64,000 bases of DNA from Chiloscyllium plagiosum (taxonomy: Eukaryota), in contig NC_057718.1 in assembly GCF_004010195.1 (NCBI RefSeq), positions 78,978,676-79,042,675 on the forward strand, read 5' to 3'. Each line of letters opens with the position of its first letter. The first letter of the stretch is position 1. Below, piece by piece: positions 63,575 through 64,000 of this stretch. The notes under the pieces were generated by a model. That model saw only the letters and a program-made list of their open reading frames with translations, was not told the origin of the DNA and did not search any database. Made by a program: the position numbers and the translations under genes.

Positions 63575-64000
63575 GCACAAATTCCAATGTGAGTTGTACA
63601 AGAAAATTTTCTGATTCAGTATGTGGATGTACCTACTAGAGAAGGTGCAAAGCTTCATTTACCTTTGTGAAATAAGGCAGGGCAAGTGACTGAGGTGTCA
63701 GTGAGGGAGCACTTTGGGGCCAGTGACCATAATTATATTGGTTTAAAAATAGTGATGGAAAAGGATTGACTGGATCTAAAAGTTGAAGCTCTGAATTGGA
63801 GGAAGGCCAATTTTGACGATACTAGGCAAGAACTTTTAAAAGTTGATTGGGGGCAGATTTGCAGGTAAAGGGACAGTTGGGAAGTGGGAAGCCTGCAAAA
63901 ATGAGATCATGAGAGTCCAGAGACAGTATAATCCTGTCGGGGTGAAAGGCAAGGCTGGGAGATGTAGGGAATACTGGATGACTAGAGAAATTGAGAATTT
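63575..64000 (+). mobile_element. CR1 ORF2 endonuclease region, runs off the window
   Basis: EHFGASDHN motif; reverse-complement similarity to 43950-44340. Confidence 0.85.

Noticed and set aside
1..64000. MAP3K4 exon 1 and exon 3
   Set aside because: No CpG-island first exon and no long coding exon continuing from ...GNK(E) were found; they presumably lie outside the window.

Overview
Vertebrate, repeat-dense intronic DNA, almost certainly from an elasmobranch (shark). The evidence is HE1 V-SINEs, HER1/CR1 LINEs and a SacSINE1-like Deu-SINE. The only host coding sequence I can support is one 185-bp internal exon at 47465-47649 (+), which matches exon 2 of MAP3K4 (MEKK4). The window is therefore most likely >47 kb of intron 1 plus >16 kb of intron 2. 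The rest is nested transposon debris: many CR1 LINEs (one near full length with an esterase ORF1), an internally deleted L1, a Tx1-type fragment, L2, Tigger-like MITEs, two solo LTRs and a decayed Ty1/copia (GalEa-like) element. The most notable pattern is a dense set of Penelope-like elements from three families, each carrying a minimal hammerhead ribozyme (CUGANGA...GAAA). They repeatedly form fold-back insertions, several with 12-14-bp target duplications, whose pivot or edge falls on the ribozyme itself. There are also several local templated duplications. Two assembly gaps are present. Family assignments come from motif recognition by eye, not from database searches, and boundaries of old repeats are approximate.
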